A stretch of 64,000 bases of DNA from Histomonas meleagridis 2922-C6/04-290x (GCA_020184695.1 JAANOX010000278.1:124001-188000); one strand, 5' to 3'. Numbered from the stretch's first letter, positions 1-10,944 are shown. The notes: generated from the letters alone by a model not told the origin. Numbers and translations are program-made.

Positions 1-886
1 TTAACATTACCTCTTCAATTACTGCTTTTTTTTTTTTTATTCTATCAATTATTACAACTCTTGGTATGCCAACTATATTTTTTATATTATCAAATACAAG
101 TTCAAATATTTTTTTTTTCTTTACTGGACATTATTGAAAATGCTAGTATCTGTGAATTATTATTCTCATCAATGAATAAGAAATTTAGAATAGGCATATC
201 AAAATCATTAGTCATCATTATGTTATCTATTTGTAATATATCTATAGATATTATTTTATTTTTTTAAACCTCCTTGAAACAAATGTTGCTGTGAGAATTT
301 GATTATCTGCTCTGTTCAAATGTAATCTCGTTTCATAATTATTTGATAACTGTTGAATAATAGATTGGATTGATTTGATTGTATCAACATTTCTTGATTT
401 TAAATAAGAACTTCTGATATCATAAAATTTCCGGACACTGACAGATTATGTTATTTTCCTTCTGATTTATGCAGCATTTTCTCGTTGTTTAGTGTAAGTT
501 ATACATTAATTTCGCGTAGAATTTGATGGACCCAACCAACTATTATATAAATCTTGTGATATTGGATGTTTGTGTCGAAAATTGCCTTCAACAAACATAA
601 CTTTTGATAAATTATGATCAACTTTCAATCTTATGAAGCTCTTGCGATCATATTGTTTTAGCGTACGGTTTTTTTTTGCTTTGCAACGTCCTCCAAAACG
701 ACACCAAAAATCGCAATATTCAAATTGGCCAAAGACCTTCGTTATTGTGAGTGAATAATGACCAACATTTTGCTTGAACATTTCTTGTATATCAGAAGGG
801 GAAGTCTCTTGTAAGTTAATCGACATTTCCCAATTTTTAAATAAAACAGGATATATAATTTCTAGAGTATCGATCGTGTTTTCCAT
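1..886 (-). mobile_element. Degenerate Mutator/MULE transposase (FAR1-like N-terminal domain plus DDE fragment), truncated by the window edge
   Basis: ORF 506-886 ends in a FAR1/WRKY-GCM1-like pattern (WCRFGGRC...YDRKSFIRLK...FVEGNFRHKHP). Hand translation of ~250-1 gives DILQIDNIMMTNDFDMPILNFLFIDENNNSQILAFSIMSSKE..FELVFDNIKNIVGIPRVVIIDR, matching the MULE catalytic core. Stops and frameshifts are present. Confidence 0.72.
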
Positions 887-1874
887 TCATCTGGGCTTGT
901 AAGATTATATCAAATTTGATGACCGGATGAACTTTTTGAGAATTTTGAAAGAGATTGTGATGATTTTTGATGGTTTTCAAAATTTGATAATTGAAATTAT
1001 TTTTAACCCCCTCATGTTGGCACTTTTAATTGAAATAAAATTATCGCGTAGAATACAAAAGTGACGCCGCTTCGTGTCAATTACGATTCCTCAAATTTTT
1101 TGTTTTGAGTGTACTAAAATTTTAGCTTATGAAATTCTGAATTCATTCAATTTTACTTGGGAGCGTATTTAACGGTTCCATTTCAGGATGGAGGAATATC
1201 CTTTTCAAATGATTGCGAAAAAAAAATTAATTTATGATAAAAATAAAATAAATTTTTAACAAATGTGCATGTTAATTTTCTATGTCATGGAGTAATTTAA
1301 CTATTGGTGCAAGGAAAAGGTGTAACTTCTTAATTAAAATTCAATTATAATCTTAAAATATTGTGTTAACAAAATAAATATTATATAAAACAAATAGCCA
1401 TTTTTTACATCAATATTAATTCCTTTTAGTTCAAGAAGTAACATCGCTTTTCATTGTGTTTATAATTAGATGAACAAATAAGTTATTAATTATTAAAAGA
1501 AAAATTCAAATGTCGTCTTGAAACATTATATAGTAAAAAAATATCAAACAAAACAAATAAAAATCATATCCGTTTTGTTCAAGAAGTAATTTAACTATTT
1601 CTAAATTTCCTTATTTTGCAGTACATATAAATGCTGTAAGAAATATTTTAATCACCTGTATCATAGTCATTTACACCATTCATATACAATAAGTAAATTT
1701 ACTTATTGATTTCCTTCGATATAAATGTCATTGTAAATTAAAATACTTGATGAATAATTAATCGAAAAAATCCGAATTTGAACACGATTAAAGTCAAATT
1801 TCTAATTTTGGATCAACAATTAAAATTAATATAATTTTATTGTTTATTTTTCATGATATACATTTATATTCGCA

Positions 1875-3518
1875 TCAAAAGATTTGCAGCATTTCGCCTT
1901 CGTCTTCAATTAGCATTTCATTTGAGTATTCCTTATTCATTGTTGGCGATGTTGTTCTCGGCGCAAATATACCCGCGTTTATTAGGTCCTTAGGTTCATC
2001 GAATTCGATCAATGGCTTACTGTTATCCCCATTATCGCCTCCTTTGAAGTTCATCATCGATTGCTGCAATTTTTGTCTCTGCTCAATAGGGACAAAGAAT
2101 TGGCTCTTTCCATCAGCGCTTTCGAAGGATGAGAATGCACATATCCATCCGAGCTTTGGATGTTCAATTGAATTCTTATTGATGAAATCAACAATTTGAG
2201 ATGCTTTCATAGGCATCACAAACGTGAACAACAATGGTGTTAGAATAGCGCTGAATAAGTCAAAGCAGATTTGCTTAGAGATTGGTTGAAACATCGAAGC
2301 AAATGTAGAATAAGTAATCCATGAATTAGCCGAATTACTTTGCTCTCTAAAGTCGTAATGTATGTATTTCTCGACTTCAGTAAGTGCTTCGTTTGGTGTA
2401 TAAGGATGAGAATCAGGTGTGATTGAAACTTTACAAACGCCATAGATAGAAACGGCGATTGAAAGAGCCCAAGTTAGTGACTTGTTCCCAAAGATTTTAA
2501 TGTTGAGGAGATGTCCCGAATCTGTGCAGAGGCCGATAACGAAAATAACCGCTATAAAAGCGCCGCTGATGAACGATAGGAGTTTGAGAAGCGGTTGTAC
2601 GATAGAACTTGGGAACAGGTCCATGTAAACGTTCGCAAACTCATAACTTTTTGAGATGCGTTCGTTGAAAAGATGCGGAAGTTCATTATACTCACGAATC
2701 TTCCATTTAGCTTGCGTAGTCCAACGGCGTCTTGAAAGTGAGTCAGGGCTATTACGAATTGCTTGGGCATAATTGAAAAATAAATAAAGAAGTTCGAATA
2801 TAAGAACAAACGGTGAAAATATTAGGAGAATAATCCCAACAAACTTAAAGCGGAAGGAAAGAGTGTTCGTAATTTTGAGACGGCGGACTGATTGAACTCC
2901 ATTGACAAGTGAACAACCATTGGAATCAAGAACAACGCCTGTGAGAGTAAGCTTGAGAACATAAAAGAAGAAGTCTGACATAGGAAACTGTTCAGCTGTG
3001 TTTGATTTTGTTAATTTCCATGTGAGTATTGATGGATCAGAAACAAGAGCACATATATAGTTGTCATAACGTAATATTTCCTGTGCAACTGAAAGCATGG
3101 TGTTGTTTTCTTCTGGTTCGTTAGCAATTATTGTTTCAAATACATCACTCCATTCTAAAACTGATAATTCATGATCTGATATACCTAGAGTTGCAAAATA
3201 ATTTCTGATTCGATAATACTTTGGAATAAGTAATAAAAATTGAACAATTTTTATCAAACAAAATAATGAAAAAATTATAGAGCAAATAATGCATAAAAAA
3301 AAGGTTTTGTGAAAGCCTACTGATAGAGGAACAAAAATTTCTGAAATATGTTCTGAGGTTGTTATCTTAGAATAATTGATACATCCGAATAAAAAAATAG
3401 GAGCAATTGCAACCATTGCACCAATTAGGCACGAAGCAGTGTTCTCTAATAGAAACGTTATAAACCCTTTCGTACGAAAGTATTCATATGCATCCACCCA
3501 ATTAAATTTGGATTTCAT
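1875..3518 (-). CDS. ATG9: Autophagy protein ATG9 (lipid scramblase)
   Basis: 547 aa multi-TM ORF with the ATG9 signature WKIREYNELPHLFNERISKSYEFANVYMDLFP and the late LGWICAFSSF motif. Confidence 0.88.
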   Translation of the reverse strand: MKSKFNWVDAYEYFRTKGFITFLLENTASCLIGAMVAIAPIFLFGCINYSKITTSEHISEIFVPLSVGFHKTFFLCIICSIIFSLFCLIKIVQFLLLIPKYYRIRNYFATLGISDHELSVLEWSDVFETIIANEPEENNTMLSVAQEILRYDNYICALVSDPSILTWKLTKSNTAEQFPMSDFFFYVLKLTLTGVVLDSNGCSLVNGVQSVRRLKITNTLSFRFKFVGIILLIFSPFVLIFELLYLFFNYAQAIRNSPDSLSRRRWTTQAKWKIREYNELPHLFNERISKSYEFANVYMDLFPSSIVQPLLKLLSFISGAFIAVIFVIGLCTDSGHLLNIKIFGNKSLTWALSIAVSIYGVCKVSITPDSHPYTPNEALTEVEKYIHYDFREQSNSANSWITYSTFASMFQPISKQICFDLFSAILTPLLFTFVMPMKASQIVDFINKNSIEHPKLGWICAFSSFESADGKSQFFVPIEQRQKLQQSMMNFKGGDNGDNSKPLIEFDEPKDLINAGIFAPRTTSPTMNKEYSNEMLIEDEGEMLQIF

Positions 3519-3924
3519 TTTGATTTTAAAAGTGTCAAAATTGAATTGATTTTTCGGTTTAAAATTTTGAAGAAGTACTTTAGCATTTCCTGATTAATTA
3601 TTCACAGCATATTAACCATTCTGATTGGATAATAACATTAAAATATAATTCCCATCAAAAACAGGAACAGAACAGTGAGAACCCTAAAAAAGTATTGTGT
3701 CCTTTTCTTTCTTTTTTATCCCATACCTTGTCACTTTTTTATATTGAATGGTTCAACTTATTCAAGCAACAAAAAATTATGAGCCATTATCATTATTCAC
3801 TTGACAAATAACACTTCAAACCAACTCCAGAAGTAAAAGAATTATTAATGAACGAAATTATTATAAGATTTTCTTGTTTCGAAAAAATCCTTGATAATTT
3901 ATAATATTTTTTTCTTTAGTACTA

Positions 3925-4944
3925 CATTCCCTGACAGCAAAAAATGTCCACGAAATTAACGAGCGCCGAAATTAACGTTCGTCGGTCAGTAATTTTGGCT
4001 ATGTGTCATCTGATTCTGTCCATTGGCCAGAAAAAATGTCCATTTCCTAAAAAGGCTAAATTGAAGTGTAAAGATTTGTGAAACAACTAATTGAAATGGA
4101 ATTTTTCAAATACAATGCATGATTTTCCAAAGAAATATATGAATAACAATGAATATTAATGTTATAATCATTTTTGCATTGATAAAAAACATTCTTTGCA
4201 AAAAAATGAATTCAATGTGTATCACCCTAATGTTGGCACTTTTAATTGAAAAATTTTCACGTGTTTTATTTAATATGTATTTTATATTATGTATGATTTT
4301 CAATAATAATAATATTATAAACGATTAAACAAATTCATATTCAAAAACGAAAAATACAGCATTGTAATATTTGTATTTATTTAAACAAAAATACCACAGG
4401 AGAAAAAAATAAGTATTAGCTGTACCAACAAAACTTTAAATGAATTTATAGAGTAAAAAATTGATTCCACAAATGTAAATTCTGATCCTAGAATAAAGAC
4501 GATCATAAATATCACAAATTTATGAATTTGACTGTTAAAACAAAAGAATCGATTCCATTTTGTAAGAGGAATTTTCAATAAAAAACATACTGTTTTCACA
4601 AAGAAAAATAATATGTTACTAAATAATATGTAAAATGTTTCAAATTAAACACTATTTTAGGAAATGAACATTTTTTCTGGCCAATGGACAGTTTTATGTC
4701 CGATGGATATTTTTTTCTGTCTCGTGACAAAACCGTAAAAGTGGAAAAATACGTTGACCAGCTTTTTATGTCAGATGCCCAAAATTACTGGCCGACGAAC
4801 GTTAATTTTGTCGTACGTTAACTTCGTAAACATTTTTTCTGACCGATGGACAGAATCAGATGACACATAGCCAAAATTACTGACCGACGAACGTTAATTT
4901 CGGCGCTCGTTAATTTCGTGGACATTTTTTGCTGTCAGGGACTG
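3925..4944. mobile_element. Non-autonomous Tc1/mariner-type element (MITE-like), about 1020 bp, with TA target duplication
   Basis: 115-bp terminal inverted repeats at 3925-4039 and 4830-4944 with about 3 mismatches. Ends read TA|CATTCCCTGACAGC ... GCTGTCAGGGACTG|TA. The interior is AT-rich with no credible ORF. Confidence 0.88.
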
Positions 4945-4945
4945 T

Positions 4946-5000
4946 ATTAATGCTTCTCAAAATGATCATGTCGAAATAGTAAAATATCTTTTTAAACAAA
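4946..5000 (+). pseudogene. Ankyrin-repeat fragment abutting the MITE right end
   Basis: Translates INASQNDHVEIVKYLFKQ, resembling the ankyrin A..NGH.EIVKYL motif. No start codon or continuation. Confidence 0.45.
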
Positions 5001-5035
5001 AACAAAGCAAAGTAAATGCTCAATTTTTTTTTATT

Positions 5036-5444
5036 TTATTTAAAAATAATATTTCGTTTATTATAATACTGTAGTATTTTGCCCATAAAATACATTTGTA
5101 ACCCATTTGATACACTTTCATCAGCACTTATATATGCATCAATGAATCGTAATACAGAAATTTTTAGAGTGTTTCTGATGGGATTTTCGATATAATTCAA
5201 TAAAGCCTCTGACTTTTCCTTCAGTAAAGGGAAATAGTTTAGGTGCCCCTTCAATAATCACAAAGTAATTAGCATAAATCTTGAGTAATCGTTGATATTG
5301 ATTTATAGAACTATCAGCTAGGCTTTTGGTTTCTATTTCGGTTGACGCTTGAACAAATGCATTGAAGTTTATTTTAAACAATAAATGATAAATTTTATTA
5401 TTCGTTATGGTAAATAAAAATCCTCTCACTTTTAGACACTCCAC
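5036..5444 (-). pseudogene. Frameshifted fragment of an unidentified helical protein
   Basis: Two overlapping ORFs (5139-5444, 5036-5254) with protein-like composition join by one frameshift. No family recognised. Confidence 0.25.
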
Positions 5445-5691
5445 TTTTTGAATCGTTTATGATGTTCAATGGTTCACCAACAAAAAAATTCGGAATAGAG
5501 TATCACTGATTTCGATACAATTCATGTTTAAGAAGGTACAACCCTCTACAAATTTTGTTGCAGATTACACATTTATTGAAGATAAAATGAATTGAAAAGT
5601 TAATGATATAATTACTTCAAAGAATTTGCAATTGAAAGAATTATTCATGAATCACACAATTTTTTGCAATTGAGTATTTACTAATTTTGAA

Positions 5692-6586
5692 ATGAGTTTC
5701 AATATCGAAGAGTTCATCAGCGATATCGAGAATCTAGGTGTCGAAAGGACAATGCAGAAATATCGAATTGAAAGAAAGAAGCTTCATTCGATCTGCCAAA
5801 TGTTCAATGAACCAAATCCCAAAGCAGGGTCCACCTAAGACTCCTCTAACTCAGAAAGAGATTGATTATATTGTTAAATATAATCAAAAAGCTCATGTGG
5901 GTTACATTACAATGGCAGGTATTGCCAAGAGAGATCCTTTCGCTCCCAAATCATTAACAATATGGCGATGCCATTTGGTATATGAAATAGAAGATCTCTA
6001 CCAATTCTTGCATTTGTATCGTTCAACAGATGATGAGGATCACCCAAACAGATATGTTGCTTGATACATTAATCAAGCTTTGCACACAAATCTCCACTAT
6101 TTGGAAAAACTTCCAGAAGAAAATTTCATACAAAAATGCCTGATCGCTTTTATTGATAACATGAGTAGAAAGATTATTCATTATCAGATACTTGATCAAA
6201 AAACAAGTATCTTCGCAATGAATGCTTGTGCGAATGCGTTTCAGAAGGAAAGCCCTCCTAAAACCATGATAATGGATAATGGAACTGAGTTCCAAGGTCC
6301 CTTTGAAGAACTTCTACATATGAACAATGTGGAAATAAAGAAGACTCTTCCTTATACACCACAACAAAATGGAAAGATCGAACGGTGGTGGGATATCATC
6401 GAAAGGAAAAAGACTCAACCACTTAGAGGCGAGTATATTGATTGGTTAGTTGATCAGTACAACAGCAAGTGGGAGCATAGCTCGCTCATGATTCTTACTG
6501 GTCAGAGGACCACACCGCAAGAAGCATTCCAAAGCATAACTCAGGTCAGCAAGATGCAAACTTCATTTTCAGTTAATAAAAACTGA
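5692..6586 (+). mobile_element. Inactivated rve/IS481-like DDE integrase/transposase
   Basis: ATG at 5692, frameshift near 5810, in-frame TGA at 6062-6064. Then RYVA*YINQALHTNLHY..IAFIDNMSRKI..IMDNGTEF..LPYTPQQNGKIERWW, an integrase core with the first catalytic D read as N. Confidence 0.82.
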
Positions 6587-6780
6587 AATGATTTATTTTT
6601 TTTGAGGGCTTTGTAATGAAAGCTTGGTGATCGATGCAATCGATCAGATTGCATCAACACCTTGGATGACTGTTTGTGTGTTTACTGTTAACTGTTGAAT
6701 AATTGTTTTTGAGTTTTGGTCCCGCCACAACTGTGACCGTATGTGGTCGTTCTTTTTGCGAGCGCCAAAAGCGCTAACGA

Positions 6781-6833
6781 TTTTGATCTTTATGCATTGA
6801 AAAATGAAGTTTTTCAATGCATAAAGATCAAAA
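6781..6833. repeat. Perfect 24-bp hairpin with 5-nt loop
   Basis: TTTTGATCTTTATGCATTGAAAAA-TGAAG-TTTTTCAATGCATAAAGATCAAAA. Confidence 0.95.
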
Positions 6834-7194
6834 CCATCCCTCCCCATTCTTGCCTGATTCTTTTCGATAAATGTGTATGCCATTCAAAAAGTGAGCGGAA
6901 TTTTATTTATTATAAATTTTATTATTCGTACACAGAAATGACATAATTTTATCATCTGACCAGTAATCAAGTAAAGTACTGAAAAAGTTGGTCAAGAACC
7001 GAATTCTATGGTGGCACTTTTAAATGAGCTTCTTCCAAATTATTTTAAACCACAGAAATGATTATATTTAAAATAAGACTATTAGCACTAATGTGGAAAG
7101 TTTAAAATGCAGTAAAATGAAAAAATTATAAATTTTTTCTTCAGAATTAAATTTCGCGGTTAATTTCCCACACACAAAAATTTCCATCGTAATA

Positions 7195-7204
7195 AACGGT
7201 TTCA
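7195..7204 (+). promoter_or_regulatory. M3 (Myb-recognition-like) element followed by TCA upstream of the Arf gene
   Basis: AACGGTT followed by TCA about 20-30 bp before the ATG at 7224. Similar GACCGTT motifs precede 21311, 25528, 32998 and 50019. Confidence 0.55.
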
Positions 7205-7223
7205 TATAAAGCAGTTCAACAAT

Positions 7224-7745
7224 ATGGGAGGTTGTTGCGCGAAACCAGAGTATCGAATCTTGATGCTTGGTATTGGAGCCGCAGGTAAAACCACTATATT
7301 GTATCGTCTTAAGAAGAATGAAGTTGTTCATACAGTTGCTACAGTTGGTTTTACCATGGAAACTGTTCATTTTGGAGATTTAGAATTTTGTGTCTGGGAT
7401 TTAGGAGGACAAGATAAAATTCGACCATTATGGCGACATTATTTTAATGGAGCACAAGGAGTAATTTTTGTCGTTGATTCTTCAGATAAAACACAATTTG
7501 CCACTGCCAAACAAGAATTTCATCAAATTGTTCAATCACCACAACTTAAAGGATGTCCTATCTTAATATTTGCCAACAAACAAGACATAGAAGGTGCAGT
7601 TTCAGTTGAAAAGCTTAGTGAAGCATTAGATTTACAAGTCATTGATCAATCGCGATATCACATTGAAGCAAGTTGTGCACTTACAGGGTTAGGACTTGTT
7701 GATGGAATGAATTGGTTATCTGATGCTGTTGTTAAAAAACATTAA
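7224..7745 (+). CDS. ADP-ribosylation factor family GTPase (Arf/Arl)
   Basis: GAAGKTT, WDLGGQDKIRPLWRHYF, FANKQD and SCALTG motifs; N-terminal Gly2. Confidence 0.93.
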   Translation: MGGCCAKPEYRILMLGIGAAGKTTILYRLKKNEVVHTVATVGFTMETVHFGDLEFCVWDLGGQDKIRPLWRHYFNGAQGVIFVVDSSDKTQFATAKQEFHQIVQSPQLKGCPILIFANKQDIEGAVSVEKLSEALDLQVIDQSRYHIEASCALTGLGLVDGMNWLSDAVVKKH

Positions 7746-7816
7746 TCAAAAAGAAAAAAATTTTTTTATTGGAATCAAATTTTCTAAAATTTATCTTTTC
7801 GAATTTAATATTTTAT

Positions 7817-9539
7817 TTAAAAATGAAAATTTAAAACAGAATTTGGTTGAAATATAATATTTCGATCAAATTTTTGTCCGAATTTACAATTATCATAAAA
7901 ATAATCTGATGTAACTTCACTAGTAACAATCGTAAGTCGTTGCATTTCATGATTATAATGAATGTTTTGTGGTGACGTTTCACCAATTGGTAATGTAAAT
8001 AAATGTTTAAATTCTCGAATATCCCAACATCGAACTATTCCATCATTACCCCCTGTAAAGATTAAATTCGGACTTTCTGTAACATTCCCAAAAACACTAG
8101 TAACAATCCCGTCATGTCGAATGATATTAAAAATAGGTTGTGAAACTCGTAAATCCCACATTTTACACGTTTGATCAGCTGATCCTGATAAAAACATATT
8201 TTCATCATAACTTGATAATGATGTAATTCCTGATGAATGGCCAATACATCGTGAAATTATGGCTCCATTCTTCGCATAGATTTGAATACTATGATATTCA
8301 CTTGATCCAACTACAAGTGATTCACCTAATGTAGTAACAGATGAAATATTCGGAAGAGATAAACATAAACAAATATCAAATTTCTCTTCATCTTCCGTTT
8401 CTTTAACTTGACTTAAAAGTTCTGGTGACCATGAAAGAATAGTTGAACCTGTCGCTAATACTAAATTATCATTCCAAAAATTAATTACTGATTGATATGA
8501 TCGACGATGACTAATTAGAAGATTATGTACATTTTCAAATGTATCAAGATAATATGATTTAATATATTTATCACTATGAACCCATATTAAATTATCTTGA
8601 TAATTATAAACTATAGATGTGACTGGTGATAAAAAAATTCAATATCATTAACTTGTTCTTTGAATATGAATCTTTCGTCGTTGTTCTTCTGTATTATATG
8701 TAATAATAATACTTTCACCATTATGTAATATATAACTACTTTCAATGAGTTCATATGGTTGATAATTATCTAAAGTAGGTAAATTATCTTCTTTGTTTTC
8801 ATTAGGATTAATATTAATAGAATTATTATTATTATTAAATGTATTAATTCGGCGAATGTTTTGAAATTCATGTTGTGGAACTGTCGAAAAATCAATTAAT
8901 GATGTTCGCGATTGTTGAACTCCAATTAATTCTTCCAATCTTTGATTATGTAATGATATAATTTTCTCTGTAATATGATTCTCTGATTCAACTTGTGCTT
9001 GAAAAATTTGTTGTGGTTTCTGTAATATGTTTTCATTAGAGATTAATAATTCCATAGCTAATGTACCACGTTTAGGTTGTTTACTTTGTGATGAAACATA
9101 TTGTGGCGTTGAAATGATTTGTGGTTCTTGTTCTTGTTTAATAGGAAATTGTGTAACTGATAAAGATCGCGTTGGAATCAAAAATTTGACTTGTGACGAA
9201 AAACTTGAACTCGTTTCTGTTTTAATTTCTTGTGATTGACTTGAAACAATATTCTGATTAGGACTTTGACTTGAACTTGACGAATTAGATGAATTAGGTG
9301 AATTTGGTCGTAAAAAAACGCGTTTATTATTATTAAACCATAAACGAACTGTTCGATGACTCCAATGTTTATTAGTCGTAGAAAGAATACCTACAACTGT
9401 TTGAACAACTTGTGATCGTTGAATAGATCTTTCTGGATGTGAAAAATAAATTTGAAGATAATGTAATTAAAATTTGCATTTCACTATCACTTGGGAAATA
9501 ACGTCCATCTTTGTTTTCTTCTTCATTCATACTTTTCAT
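7817..9539 (-). CDS. Homeodomain-like plus WD40-repeat protein, split by about 3 frameshifts (probably sequencing errors)
   Basis: Hand translation gives ..HWSHRTVRLWFNNNKRVF.. near 9320-9365, a low-complexity linker (ORF 8648-9181), then a continuous WD40 frame from ~8625 (IGHSSGITSL..LSGSADQTCKMWD; FTGGNDGIVRCWD). Confidence 0.65.
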
Positions 9540-9982
9540 ATTCCTTATTTATATCGTGATATTTAAAAATTTTGGTTGTGTTTGGCCAAAATCTTCTTGA
9601 ATTTAATTTTCAATCGATTTTAACGGATTCTTTTTACAAGAGGAAGACGTTTTTCTTCATGATTCATAATTTTGATGATTTTGCTAAATAATTTTTATTT
9701 TATATATTTTTTAAATTTTGTTATTCTAAAATATTATTTTTTTTTTTTTCATCAAGTACATAAATTAAATAAACATTAATCTTAATGATAATTAATTTAT
9801 TCTTCGAATTGATAATATTTTCTCTTTTTGATAGTGGATTCTTGTTGATAAAGATTTTATATATCTTTTTATTAAAAACAGAATATTTCATAAATCATAG
9901 GAAGCCGTTTATTTACAACTACGGTTATCATTACAATATTTTTTTCAGATATTTACAAAAATATAAAATAAACGTATTTCGT

Positions 9983-10719
9983 ATGAGTGACGAACGAGAA
10001 CAACTTATTTATTATCTTCGAATTCAATATAATAATGGAGTTCCTAATGAAGGTATGGAAGAACAAAATGAATATATTGATATGATTAAGAAGATTATTG
10101 AACTTAATCCAGTATTAAGTGAAGATGAGAAAGTTCTTCTTTCTTTAGTTTATAAAAAAATGCAGTTACATTGCGACGAAATGCTATTCGAGAAGTTGAG
10201 ACACATTTACAAGATCCATCTAATAACAACAAACCAGCACGTCAACAAAAGTTGTTTGAATATTTAACTATTCTCAAAAGCGAATTAAAAGATATTTGCT
10301 TAGATCTTATTAACCTTATCAAGGACACGTTATTACCACAAACATATGCAGGTGAACAACGAGTTTTTTATGCGAAAATGCAAGGAGATTATTACCGGTA
10401 TATTTGTGAGAACAAAGGCGAAGATGTTTCCGAATACATCACCAAAGCCAGTCAATGTTATGATGAAGCACTTGCCATTGCTAAGAATGAACTTTCACCC
10501 ACTTCGTCAACATATTTTAGGTGTTGTATTAAATTATTCCGTTTTTTTCTATATGAAATTATGGGCTTCCATGAACAAGCGATCGAACTCGCATCGCGTA
10601 CATTCACAGAGACAGTTGATAATTTGGATTCGATGAGTTCAGATTACAATGAGTCACTTATGATATTACGATTGTTGCAAGAAAATCATTTATTGTGGGT
10701 TGAAAAAGAAAATAACTAA
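9983..10719 (+). CDS. Divergent 14-3-3 protein with homopolymer frameshifts
   Basis: EKVLLSLVYK[N]..RRNAIR, FYAKMQGDYYRYICE, and in an alternate frame YLGVVLNYSVF. An extra A near 10160 and compensating shifts near 10515-10550. Confidence 0.85.
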
Positions 10720-10908
10720 AAGAAATATTTTTTATTTAATTCTAATTTTTGAATATTTTAAAAATGAAATAAAATAATTTTTGACTTTCATTAAAATACT
10801 TTAAAAATGGATTGATAGTGTAAAAATAAATTATGATTAATAATAACCAGAAATATCGATGTGAAAGAAATGAAAAATCACTTTTATGCTTATGAAAAGT
10901 GAATTTTT

Positions 10909-10944
10909 AGGGTGCTCCATTGAGCGGTTTGGTCGTCCTTTCGG
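10909..10944 (+). promoter_or_regulatory. Ribosomal-protein promoter: GGGTGCTCC element, M3 (GCGGTTT) and M5 (CCTTT)
   Basis: AGGGTGCTCC..GAGCGGTTTGGTCGTCCTTTCGG immediately precedes the ATG. The same architecture occurs at RPL13 and RPS14. Confidence 0.65.

Noticed and set aside
5442-6893. 12-bp inverted repeat CACTTTTTGAAT / ATTCAAAAAGTG as integrase-element TIRs
   Set aside because: Built on the common AAAAGTG promoter-type core, does not extend, and has no target duplication.
6603-6900. SRP RNA, suggested by a GGGCTTTGTAATG Alu-like hairpin
   Set aside because: No helix-8 CAGG..GNRA..AGCAG motif was found on either strand.
7817-10719. Spliceosomal introns explaining the frame breaks
   Set aside because: No GT..ACTAAC..CAG trichomonad intron signature at the junctions; single-base homopolymer changes explain most of them.
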